From the NCBI GenBank assembly GCA_963843575.1, contig CAWJKZ010000013.1, forward strand, positions 256,001 through 320,000: a stretch of DNA of 64,000 bases, in the 5' to 3' direction. The notes under the pieces are model-generated. The model was not told the origin of the DNA and did not search any database. It saw only the letters and a list, made by a program, of their open reading frames with translations. Origin of the DNA: an uncultured Acidobacteriota bacterium (lineage in GTDB: Bacteria > Acidobacteriota > UBA6911). The position numbers were made by a program, and so were the translations under genes. Positions 10,014-18,978 of this stretch are shown here, in pieces (positions within the stretch are counted from its first letter, which is position 1; every line of letters starts with the position of its first letter).

Positions 10014-10904
10014 TCAGGCGGCGGAGGTTCCTGCGGCCAGCGCCGCGCTCAACCGGCGAATGTGCTCGGGAGTGGTGCCGCAGCAGCCGCCGATGACATT
10101 TGCGCCCGCGCTCCTGAGCATCCCGGCAAAGCCCGCAAACGTCGCCGCATCCTGCGGGTATTCCACCCCGCCTTCCTTCACGACGGGCATTCCGGCATTG
10201 GCTTTGATCCAGACCGGCAGCGTGGTGACGGCACGCATCCTCCGGCACACGGCCACGTAGTTCTCGGGACCCACCCCGCAGTTGGCTCCGACCATCCACG
10301 CTCCGGCGAGCTGCATGGCCGCGACCGCCTGCTCCGGCGTAACCCCCATCATGGTCCGGGCCCTGTCGCGCCCGGATTCGAACGTCATGCTGAGCACCAC
10401 CGGGAGAGGGGTGGCGTCGTGCGCCGCACGCGCGGCGATGCTCATCTCGGCGACGTCCACCATGGTTTCGATCAGGATCGCGTCCACCCCGCCGCGGTGG
10501 AGCGACGCTGCCTGAAGGCGATACGTGCCGTAGATCTCGTCCTCCGGCACGGTTCCCTCCATCAGGAGGACGCCCGTGGGCCCCATGGATCCGAAGATAA
10601 GGGCGGCGTCTCCAGCCGCTTCGCGGGATATGCGGGCGCCGTGCACGTTGATGTCCGCGAGTTTCCCCTCCAGCCCGTGGCGGCCGAGCACAAACCGGTT
10701 GCCGCCGAAGGTATTTGTCAGGACGACCTTCGAGCCTGCTTCCGCGTAAGAGCGCGCCACCCGCGCCACCCTGTCCGGATGTTCCAGGTTCCAGAGTTCC
10801 GGCGGGGAGCCGGGCGTCAGCCCCAGGACCTGCAGCTGCGTTCCCCAGGCGCCGTCGGAGGGTATGCACGTGGAGGCGTCGATGTCGGTCAACCGGAGTT
10901 TCAT
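10014..10904 (-). CDS. Homocysteine S-methyltransferase family protein (stand-alone MetH N-terminal domain)
   Basis: DGAWGT, TNTFG, GSMGPTG, GANCGVGP, NAGMP, IGGCCGTTPEHI. Confidence 0.92.
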   Translation of the reverse strand: MKLRLTDIDASTCIPSDGAWGTQLQVLGLTPGSPPELWNLEHPDRVARVARSYAEAGSKVVLTNTFGGNRFVLGRHGLEGKLADINVHGARISREAAGDAALIFGSMGPTGVLLMEGTVPEDEIYGTYRLQAASLHRGGVDAILIETMVDVAEMSIAARAAHDATPLPVVLSMTFESGRDRARTMMGVTPEQAVAAMQLAGAWMVGANCGVGPENYVAVCRRMRAVTTLPVWIKANAGMPVVKEGGVEYPQDAATFAGFAGMLRSAGANVIGGCCGTTPEHIRRLSAALAAGTSAA

Positions 10905-10971
10905 GATCCCATTCTAACCCGGCTTCCCGCAGCTTCGAAGAAGATGTGAAATAAAACAAGGCCCGATCTCA

Positions 10972-11211
10972 GGGTTCGCGCAAGAATAAGTTCACATTTT
11001 GGGGCGAGCGCCGGGCGGGCAGATGCAAGGCGCCGCGACGCAGGCGATGTGGGGACATCGTCGAGGAGCGGCAACGCCGCAGATGCCAGCCCGCCGCCGC
11101 GCCCAGGAGGGCCGACGGCTCCGCTAACAGCAATCTCCTATCGTTGCTTGCTGTAGGATCTGTTGGCTCGGGAGCCGTGAGCATAATGTGAAATTATTCT
11201 CGCGCGAGCCC
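10972..11211 (+). mobile_element. MITE copy B (240 bp), TCA target duplication
   Basis: Left GGGTTCGCGCAAGAATAAGTTCACATT, right AATGTGAAATTATTCTCGCGCGAGCCC; TCA at 10969-10971 and 11212-11214. Confidence 0.85.
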
Positions 11212-11368
11212 TCAGGCGGAGGCCGCGGCTGCAACCCTGCCCAGGAGCTCCCCTCCGGGTTCAGACGACTCCAAGGAGCTCGACGGATGCTCGGCCCGTG
11301 CCGGACTTCAAATGTTTCCGCTTTCGATTCTTGATCTGCGGGGACACTTCAATTAACTTTCCAGCCTC

Positions 11369-12013
11369 ATGCTGCGTTTCCTGCTGTTCGATCTCGACAA
11401 CACGCTCTACCCGCAGTCGTGCGGCCTCTGGGAAGCCATTGGCGACCGGATCAACCTTTTCATGACGGAACGGCTTGGTTTCGATCCCGCCGAAGTCACC
11501 GCAACCCGGGAGCACTACCTCAACGCCTTCGGTACGACGCTGAACGCCCTGCGCCACTATCACAACGTCAACCCGGACGAGTTTCTCGACTTCGTGCACG
11601 ACCTGCCGCTCGCGCAGTATATCGATCGTGATCCTTTGCTGGACGGTATGCTCGCCCGGATGCGGCTGCGCAAGGTGATCTTCACAAATGCCGACGCGCC
11701 GCACGCCGTGCGCGTGCTCGAGCGGCTCGGGATCGCGCACCACTTTGAGCGGATCATCGACATCCGCGCGCTGGAGTTCATCGTCAAGCCGGATCGGCGT
11801 GCCTACGAGAGGGCGCTGCGGATGATCGAAGCCCGCGCCGAGGAGTGCGTGTTCGTCGAGGACTCGCTCCTGAACCTGCTCCCGGCCCGCAAGATGGGCA
11901 TGCTCACCGTGCTGCTGCGCGACGGCGAAGTTGCCGGGGGCGCGGATGGCCAGATTTCCAGGATCACCGACCTGGAGCGGCTGCTGACCCCCCCAGTGCA
12001 TGCGGCGGACTGA
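11369..12013 (+). CDS. HAD-family pyrimidine 5'-nucleotidase-like hydrolase
   Basis: FDLDNTLYP, FTNA, KP, FVEDS..NL. Confidence 0.9.
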   Translation: MLRFLLFDLDNTLYPQSCGLWEAIGDRINLFMTERLGFDPAEVTATREHYLNAFGTTLNALRHYHNVNPDEFLDFVHDLPLAQYIDRDPLLDGMLARMRLRKVIFTNADAPHAVRVLERLGIAHHFERIIDIRALEFIVKPDRRAYERALRMIEARAEECVFVEDSLLNLLPARKMGMLTVLLRDGEVAGGADGQISRITDLERLLTPPVHAAD

Positions 12014-12875
12014 TCCCGGGCGGAAGGTATTTCCGGAATTCCGCGGGCGGCGGGATCTGGAACTGCACGCGCCGCCGATCGACAGGGTGGTCGAACCCCA
12101 GAAGAAACGCGTGCAGCCCGATGCGGCCAAACGGATCCATGGTGCTGCCGTAGGCGCGGTCCCCGACTATCGGGTGTCCGGCTTCTGCCATGTGCGCCCG
12201 GATCTGGTTCTTTCTGCCCGTCTCGAGCGTCACTTCGAGCGACGTGATGTTCGACAGGCGCCGCAGCACCCGGTAGTGGGTTACGGCGCGCTTGCCGGCG
12301 TCCGGGTCTTCCGTCGAGTGCATGCGCCGGTCCCGGGTTTCGGCGAGTCGGCTCTCGATCGTTCCGTGCTGAGCCGCCACGATTCCCTCGACGATGGCGA
12401 AATATTTCCTGTCGATGGAGTGTTTCCTGAACTGCGCCTGCAACGCCTCCTTTACCCCGGATCCCTTGGCGAAGACCAGGAGCCCGCTGACAAACTTGTC
12501 CAGCCGGTGCACGATGAAAAGCTTCTGGCGCGCATCCTGTTCTTTGAGGCGGAGCCGCAGAAAGGCGTAAACCGTCCGTTCGTGTTCGTGCGGTGTGGAG
12601 ACGGTCAGGAGACCGGCGGGTTTGTGCACGACGAGCAAGGCGCCGTCTTCGAACAGGATCTCGATCCCATGGACCCGGGTGGGCGCGTCGGTGCGCCCAC
12701 CGATCTCGACCACGTCGCCCCTCAGGACATGCCGGCGTGCGATCCTGCAAACCTCGCCGTTGACGCGCACGCGGCCCGCGTCCAGCATCTGGCGGAGGGT
12801 CCGGTTGGCCGCCCCCGGCACGAGCGAACGCAGGGCATCGAGCAGGGCACAGGCTTCCGGGAGGACTGCACGCAC
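11964..12875 (-). CDS. RluA-family pseudouridine synthase (start approximate)
   Basis: S4-like GRVRVNG, KPAGLL, VHRLDK, TGRKNQIRAHM, GHPIVGDRAY, LHA. Confidence 0.9.
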   Translation of the reverse strand: MRAVLPEACALLDALRSLVPGAANRTLRQMLDAGRVRVNGEVCRIARRHVLRGDVVEIGGRTDAPTRVHGIEILFEDGALLVVHKPAGLLTVSTPHEHERTVYAFLRLRLKEQDARQKLFIVHRLDKFVSGLLVFAKGSGVKEALQAQFRKHSIDRKYFAIVEGIVAAQHGTIESRLAETRDRRMHSTEDPDAGKRAVTHYRVLRRLSNITSLEVTLETGRKNQIRAHMAEAGHPIVGDRAYGSTMDPFGRIGLHAFLLGFDHPVDRRRVQFQIPPPAEFRKYLPPGISPPHALGGSAAAPGR

Positions 12876-12885
12876 CTGGGACGGC

Positions 12886-13308
12886 CTAGTTTGTTCTGTT
12901 GCAGACGAGCGTTCGTGTGGAATCGGCGAATCGGACGGTGATTTTGTTCGGGGCGGTGAAGGTCTGGACGCAGCCGAGCCCGAACGTGCTGTGCTCGATC
13001 CAGTCCCCTTCGCCAAAACTTCCCGCCATCGAATAGGTCTTGTGCGGCCTCCCCGACGCGTCCTGCATGATCTCGTCCCAGGATTGCCGCACCTTGCGGG
13101 TCGAGGTGGACTTGGCCTTTGATGCCGGCTTCTTGGCCGCGGCTTTCGCCACGGGTTTGGTCGGCCGGAAGTTGTGGTCGCCGCCGCAGGTGTTGCACTT
13201 CACGCGGCGCGGCTTGGCCCCCTGAACAGCCACAATCGTGTGCGCAAGCACCATCTTGCATTTCGTGCAATAGGCCTCGACGTCCGAACCAACCGCTATT
13301 TTTGTCAT
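12886..13308 (-). CDS. Hypothetical zinc-ribbon protein
   Basis: CTKC...CNTC pairs, Lys/Ala-rich linker, H.TFG.G motif; GAGG SD and TATAAT upstream. Confidence 0.75.
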   Translation of the reverse strand: MTKIAVGSDVEAYCTKCKMVLAHTIVAVQGAKPRRVKCNTCGGDHNFRPTKPVAKAAAKKPASKAKSTSTRKVRQSWDEIMQDASGRPHKTYSMAGSFGEGDWIEHSTFGLGCVQTFTAPNKITVRFADSTRTLVCNRTN

Positions 13309-13530
13309 CAGGTTTTACCTCGAAAGCATAAATTATAGCACAAAAAACCTCCGGAGCTAGGCGCCTGGGCGCATCCCGTCACACCCCGCTACCGGAAGTC
13401 CCGGCGCCTCGGCGCCACCACCAAAGCGGCATCGAGCCTTGGGCCTCATGCGCATCGTGAACCGGGGAAAACAAAAGCCGGCCACGGAAGGACCCGGAAA
13501 AACACGGAATCCAGCACGCGGCGTCGCTCA

Positions 13531-13771
13531 GGGCTCGCGCAAAAGTCATTTCACATTTTGCTGACGGCTCCCGAGCCGACAGATCCTACGGCAGGCAACG
13601 ATAGGAGATTGCTATTAACTGAGCCGTCAACCCTCCGGGGCGCGGCGGTGGGCGGGCAACTGCGGCGTTGCCGCTTCCCGACGATGTTCACCACATCGCC
13701 TGCGTCGCGGCGCCTTGCATCAGTCCGCCCGGCGCTCGCGCCTAAATGTGAACTTATTCTTGCGCGAACCC
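13531..13771 (-). mobile_element. MITE copy C (inverted, diverged copy of B)
   Basis: Reverse complement aligns with copy B along its length; TCA on the left, TTCA on the right. Confidence 0.8.
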
Positions 13772-13808
13772 TTCAGATGCTTGCCGGGGGGTACAGCGGG
13801 GAACCCGT

Positions 13809-14966
13809 TCAGAGCTTCCGCGCCAGCGTGTTCATGAAGGCGCGGATCTGGTCTAGGTTGTCGCGGATTGAGTGGACATCGTCCTCTATCGGCGGGCGCG
13901 AGTCTTCGGAGGGCGTTTCCAGCCCCTGCAGGCGCTGTTCGAGCGCCGCCAGCCGCGCGGCCATCTCCGCCGATTCCGATTCCAGGCTCGCCATCCCATT
14001 CTTCAGTTCGACCAGAACCGGGGTGTATTCTCCAACCCACTTCTTCAGGGCGGCGACGTCGTCGGCCAGGGCCCGCAGATCGGCCCCGTGCGCCGCAGTC
14101 GGCGCATCGAGCGCAGCGAGCTGCTTGAAGCTTTGGCGGACTTCCGCCCGCAACGCCAGCACCTCCGTCTGCAGCTCGTTCAGTTTTGCGGAGCCGCCGT
14201 TGAACGGGTCCTTCCTCACTGACTCGATTGCGTGTTGCAGGGACTCGACCTGGTTCTGAAGCACAAGCGCATTCTTCTTCAGATCGCCGATCTCCGAGTA
14301 CCTGATCGTGGCAGCCTGCACGGCGGGCCGCAGCTCCCCCAACTCCCGGAGCGCGCTTTCCAGGGCCCCGGCTCCCTTCGCCTCGGCGCCCTGCGCCGCG
14401 GCGATCTTGCCGTCGAGTTCACCCAGCCGGGATTCGAGCCTCGCCAGGGCGTCCGCAACCTGCGGGTCCGGCAGCGCGGATTGATCCTGCGCCGTCTTCT
14501 CCAGGGCCGCTTCAAGGCGATCGATCTTCTCCAGCAGAGGCCGCAGATCTTCTTCCCAAATCTGTTCCTTCAGGAGGTCCAGCGGCGGGTCCGGCGGCGT
14601 CTGCGGGATGTCGTCGACTCGCGACTCGAAATCCGCCAACCGCGCCCCCATCTGGCTGACCGCGTCACGCATTTTCTGATCGAGGCCGCGCAATTCGGAC
14701 CGGATCTGGTTTCTTTCGGCCCTCTCAAACTCGACCTCGCCGAACCGCCGGCTCAGCTCACGCACGGTCTGGCGCAACTCGGCCAGGTCGGTCGGCGGAA
14801 GCTCATCGGGTAGCGCGGGTTGCAGCGGGCTGCGCTGTTGGGCTGCCTGGGATTCCGGCCGGCTCGCCCTGTCGGTCAGGTGCAGAACATACTTGCTGAA
14901 AACGATCCCGCATTTCACGCAGTCGAGACGCTCTTCCTGGGGGTATCCGCATTTTGGGCAGTTCAC
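13809..14966 (-). CDS. Hypothetical protein, N-terminal zinc ribbon plus long coiled coil
   Basis: CPKCG...CVKCGIVF, then heptad-like Leu/Glu/Ala-rich sequence. Confidence 0.75.
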   Translation of the reverse strand: MNCPKCGYPQEERLDCVKCGIVFSKYVLHLTDRASRPESQAAQQRSPLQPALPDELPPTDLAELRQTVRELSRRFGEVEFERAERNQIRSELRGLDQKMRDAVSQMGARLADFESRVDDIPQTPPDPPLDLLKEQIWEEDLRPLLEKIDRLEAALEKTAQDQSALPDPQVADALARLESRLGELDGKIAAAQGAEAKGAGALESALRELGELRPAVQAATIRYSEIGDLKKNALVLQNQVESLQHAIESVRKDPFNGGSAKLNELQTEVLALRAEVRQSFKQLAALDAPTAAHGADLRALADDVAALKKWVGEYTPVLVELKNGMASLESESAEMAARLAALEQRLQGLETPSEDSRPPIEDDVHSIRDNLDQIRAFMNTLARKL

Positions 14967-15045
14967 AGCGACTCCGGTCCAATGAGTCGGGGGGACGCAT
15001 CTTCATGGGTGCCTGTTTTCAGATCGGCCGGATTGCCCGGCGACT

Positions 15046-15588
15046 TCAGACAAAGTTCATGCGGTACCAGAGCAGCCCCAGGATGGTTTTGGCGTCGGCG
15101 ATGTCCCCTTTCCGGATGCCCTCGAGGCACTCATCGAGCGTGTAGGGTTGCACCGTAATGTGCTCTCCCTCCTCGAGCTTCTGCGACTCAGCCTTGAGCC
15201 CGCGCGCCAGATACAGGTGGATCACCTCGTTGCTGATCCCCGGCGTCGAGTAGAACGACAGCTGGTACGTGATCTCGGAAGCGCGGTGGCCGGTCTCCTC
15301 CTCTATCTCCCGGGTAATCGTTTCCAGCGGGGTCAGGCCGGAGTCGAGCTTGCCGGCGGGCAGTTCGAGGATGAATTTGCCCAGCGGGTACCGGAATTGG
15401 CGGATCAGCAGGATACGTCCGTCGTCGAGTACCGGCACGGCGACAACTCCGCCCGGGTGAAGCACCACCTCGCGGATCGCCGTGCCCCCGGAAGGCAGCC
15501 GGATCGTGTCGACCTGAAGTGTGACGATCACACCGCGGTAGTACTCGTCATGCCGTAAAACCACAGTCTCGGGATTTTCAGAGGTCAT
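15046..15588 (-). CDS. NUDIX hydrolase, ADP-ribose pyrophosphatase (NudF)-like
   Basis: ELPAGKLD...REIEEETG Nudix box, RQFRYP, STPG, DAKT. Confidence 0.9.
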   Translation of the reverse strand: MTSENPETVVLRHDEYYRGVIVTLQVDTIRLPSGGTAIREVVLHPGGVVAVPVLDDGRILLIRQFRYPLGKFILELPAGKLDSGLTPLETITREIEEETGHRASEITYQLSFYSTPGISNEVIHLYLARGLKAESQKLEEGEHITVQPYTLDECLEGIRKGDIADAKTILGLLWYRMNFV

Positions 15589-15836
15589 GTGTGGGTCTCG
15601 TTTCAGCCCCGATCATATCAGGTTTGAGGAGCAGGTGTCGGGGATTGGACTGCGTCGGCCGGCACCGGTACCGGCGAGAGCGGCACAAGCGGCATTGTCG
15701 CATCTGTGCAGAACGTTTATAATCGGCGGCGCAAACGGGTTGACAGCCGGACGGCGACCCGACCCGGTGGAGTTCCGTCACATCCGATACCGACCCGCGG
15801 CGGTCGCGATTCCGCAGAGAGGACCCCTCCCAGTCG

Positions 15837-17216
15837 ATGCAATACCATCTCGAGAATGAGCTGTTTCAGATTGACGTCGGCCGGGAATGGATCGTGTATG
15901 CGCCCTTGAAGCGGATTGCCTTCCGGGCCAATGGACTGCTCGTCAACCTGCTCTGCGACATCCAGGACGGAGTCGCCATAGATCCAGAGAGTTGCGGCGA
16001 AGCTCTCGCGAAGCTGCAGGAATGCGGAGTCCTCGCCGCCACCCACGAAGAGTCCCCGTCCCGCGGCGTGCGTGATCTGTCCGAAGAGCCCTTCCAGCCC
16101 GTCAACCTCACGCTCTTCCTGACATCGGACTGCAACCTCGCGTGCCGGTACTGCTACGGTGACGGCGGAGCCCGGCGCGCCAGCATGCCCATGTCGGTCG
16201 GTTTGGCGGCAATCGACGTTCTCTTTCGGAACGCACGGCGGAAGGGAGCCCACAAGGTCCATCTCGGATTCCACGGGGGCGGAGAACCGACCCTGAGGAT
16301 GGACACCCTGAAGCGGCTGGTCCGGCATGCGCGCAGGCTGGCCCACGAGCACAAGATCGACCTTGCTCTCGGACTCACGTCAAACGGGGTGATGCCCGAA
16401 GAGGCAGCCAGGTGGATCGCGTGCAATATTCATCAACTCAACATCTCGCTCGACGGCCCCGGGGCCATGCAGGATTTCCAGCGGCCCATGAGAAACGGCG
16501 CCGGATCTTCCGAGAGAGTCGCCAGGACCCTTCGGATCCTGGAAGAGCAGGGAACCCCCTATCACCTCCGCGGCACCGTCACCCGTATCTCGGAGGAACG
16601 GATTCCGGAGATCGTGAGTTACCTCACCGGCAAGTTCTCTCCTGCCAGCATCCAGCTGGAACCCATGTTCAGCTCGAGTCGAGCGGAGAAGGCCGGCATT
16701 GGGAAGCCCGATGAGGGCAGCTTTGTGCGGGGGTTTCTTGCGGCGGGGGAGATTGCCAGGAAGAAAGGGATCCGCCTGCATTTTTCCGGCGACAGGTTCC
16801 CCGCGATTTCGAGCCGTTTCTGCAGCATCGGCTGGGAGACCTTTGCCGTTACCCCCGAGGGTCGCGCCACGGCGTGCTTTGAAGTGTTGCGGGAAGAGGA
16901 CTCCCGGTCGAAGATTTTTTTCTTCGGGACGTTCAGCGACGGGCACGGTTTTTCCTTTCAGCCGGACCGGATCCGACACCTGCGCGTCCTGTCCGAGACC
17001 GAGTTGCCCCACTGCCGCGACTGCTTTGCCAAGTTCCACTGCGCGGGCGATTGCCGGGCGAAAGGGCTCTACCCGGACAGCAGGGCGACGGAGGTACAGG
17101 GCACGAGTCGGTGTCGCATAATCCAGGCCCTGACGAAGGCCAGGTTGGTTGAACTCCTGGAGTCGGTGCCGCTGGTCCGACTGGAAAACGCCGGGGAGGC
17201 ACCGAACGAATGCTGA
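15837..17216 (+). CDS. Radical SAM/SPASM-domain protein 1
   Basis: CNLACRYC, FHGGGEPTL, SLDGP; SPASM-like C...GRATAC...CRDC.....CAGDC...C. Confidence 0.92.
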   Translation: MQYHLENELFQIDVGREWIVYAPLKRIAFRANGLLVNLLCDIQDGVAIDPESCGEALAKLQECGVLAATHEESPSRGVRDLSEEPFQPVNLTLFLTSDCNLACRYCYGDGGARRASMPMSVGLAAIDVLFRNARRKGAHKVHLGFHGGGEPTLRMDTLKRLVRHARRLAHEHKIDLALGLTSNGVMPEEAARWIACNIHQLNISLDGPGAMQDFQRPMRNGAGSSERVARTLRILEEQGTPYHLRGTVTRISEERIPEIVSYLTGKFSPASIQLEPMFSSSRAEKAGIGKPDEGSFVRGFLAAGEIARKKGIRLHFSGDRFPAISSRFCSIGWETFAVTPEGRATACFEVLREEDSRSKIFFFGTFSDGHGFSFQPDRIRHLRVLSETELPHCRDCFAKFHCAGDCRAKGLYPDSRATEVQGTSRCRIIQALTKARLVELLESVPLVRLENAGEAPNEC

Positions 17217-17288
17217 AGATTCCTCCGCCGGCACGAGTTGGCGGAGATAAGCCAACCCGCTCCTGGACTCGCACTTTCCCGGGTTAGA

Positions 17289-18698
17289 ATGATGGTTTCG
17301 GATGCACGCTACATCTACGCTATCCCCATCTCGGGGAAGCACCTCGTCTATGCCCCGCTAAAAAAGCTGGCAGCCCTGGTAAATGGGAAGGCCGTTGCCT
17401 CGCTTGGCGGGTGGCTCCGGGATGACGCGGGGGGAAAACAGCCGATTGCCGGGCTGGAGCCTCTGTGCGAAGGGGTGGAGGAGCCTGACGGGTACATGCC
17501 GGAAATGAAGACCGGCCCGATTTCCCCCGCTTTTCTGGGTATCATCCCGTCGCGCTCGTGCAACCTCGCCTGTTCGTACTGCAGTTTCGGGGCTGCGCAC
17601 GCGCCGCGCGAGCAGATGAACCCCCTCGTGGCGGCTTCGGCCGTCGAGTGGATGGCGGAGAATTGTGCGCAGCGCGGGGAAACGAGGCTCGAGGTTCACT
17701 TTTTTGGCGGTGAACCTCTGGTCGCCGCCGACGTCGTCGAGGTTGTCGTCCACAAGGCCCGGGCGATGGCCGAGAAACTCGGGCTGGTCCCGCACCTGGA
17801 GCTCAGTACCAACGGCCTATTCGATCAGGACTGGGCCGGTTTCGTGGGTGACTACTTCGACACGGTCGTGCTTTCGCTGGACGGGCCCGCCGACATCCAC
17901 GACCGGCAAAGGCCGAGGCCGGGAGGCGGGGGTAGCTTCGAGGCGGTCGTCGCCACCGCACGTTGTCTGGCCCAGTCGCAGGCCGAACTCTGTCTGCGCG
18001 GATGCATCAGTTCGGGCAGCGTCGCCCGCATGGAGGAGATCGCGGGCTGGTTTTGCGAAGCCTTCGATCCCAAGGCCGTCAATTTCGAGACGCTGCAACC
18101 CACCGTCCGCTCCGACAGCGCGGGCCTGCGACCGCCCGATCCCTATGAATTTGCCCGGCACTTCATCCGAGCGGAGAAGGTCGCACGGGAGGCGGGAGTC
18201 ACAACGGTCCATGCCTCGGCTGAAATCGGCAAGAACAGATTCAGCTTCTGCCCGGTCGGGACCGACACCCTGGTCGTCTCCCCGGACGGTCGCGTCAGCA
18301 GCTGTTACCTCCCCGAGCGTGAGTGGAAGGCCCGGGGGCTGGATTTCCATGTCGGCAGCGTCGGGCGGCGACGCACGTTCGGCATCGACCTCGAACACAT
18401 CGAAGCGCTGCGCGATTGCGTGACGACCGAGCCGGATCGGTGCGCGCGATGTTTCTGCCGCTGGACCTGCTCCGGGGGGTGCCGCGTCAACCACTCCTAT
18501 CCGGGCTGTTCACGCCATTACGACGACTTCTGCATTCAGACGCGGATCATCACGGCGTGCAGGCTCCTGCTGTCGCTTGGCCTGCCGGACCTCGTCGAGC
18601 CGCTGATCAGCCGTCGCGAAGACATGCAGTTGCTGGCGTTAAAAACCTCGGATCGGCTTGACGCTTGGGAGAACCAGGATGCCGGGCGTGACCTCTGA
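17289..18698 (+). CDS. Radical SAM/SPASM-domain protein 2 (paralog of 1; start approximate)
   Basis: CNLACSYC, FFGGEPL, SLDGP; CPVG...GRVSSC...CARC.....CSGGC...C; N-terminal VYAPLK motif shared with protein 1. Confidence 0.92.
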   Translation: MMVSDARYIYAIPISGKHLVYAPLKKLAALVNGKAVASLGGWLRDDAGGKQPIAGLEPLCEGVEEPDGYMPEMKTGPISPAFLGIIPSRSCNLACSYCSFGAAHAPREQMNPLVAASAVEWMAENCAQRGETRLEVHFFGGEPLVAADVVEVVVHKARAMAEKLGLVPHLELSTNGLFDQDWAGFVGDYFDTVVLSLDGPADIHDRQRPRPGGGGSFEAVVATARCLAQSQAELCLRGCISSGSVARMEEIAGWFCEAFDPKAVNFETLQPTVRSDSAGLRPPDPYEFARHFIRAEKVAREAGVTTVHASAEIGKNRFSFCPVGTDTLVVSPDGRVSSCYLPEREWKARGLDFHVGSVGRRRTFGIDLEHIEALRDCVTTEPDRCARCFCRWTCSGGCRVNHSYPGCSRHYDDFCIQTRIITACRLLLSLGLPDLVEPLISRREDMQLLALKTSDRLDAWENQDAGRDL

Positions 18699-18978
18699 GC
18701 ACGGGGCGAGCTTTCGTGTCGCTGCGCACGTGAGCTGGGCACCGGAGAGCTGTGGGATCCGTGTCGTCGACAGGCAGACGAACGGGGTCCGCGTTCTCGA
18801 TTACCCACGGGCTGCCGTCTGGGACTGCGTCGCCCGCGGGAGGACCTATGTCCAGGCACTACGATTGCTGTGCGCGCTGTATCCGGTCGACGAGTCCGGC
18901 GCGGAGCGCATGGTCCTGCAATGCCTCTCGGAGTGGATGAAGTGGGGCCTCGTGACACGCGTGAACGAGCATGACTAA
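18679..18978 (+). CDS. Stand-alone PqqD-like RiPP recognition element (RRE)
   Basis: 99 aa with beta strands followed by AAVWD...LLCALY.V......V...L......GLV; overlaps both neighbouring genes. Confidence 0.65.
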   Translation: MPGVTSEHGASFRVAAHVSWAPESCGIRVVDRQTNGVRVLDYPRAAVWDCVARGRTYVQALRLLCALYPVDESGAERMVLQCLSEWMKWGLVTRVNEHD

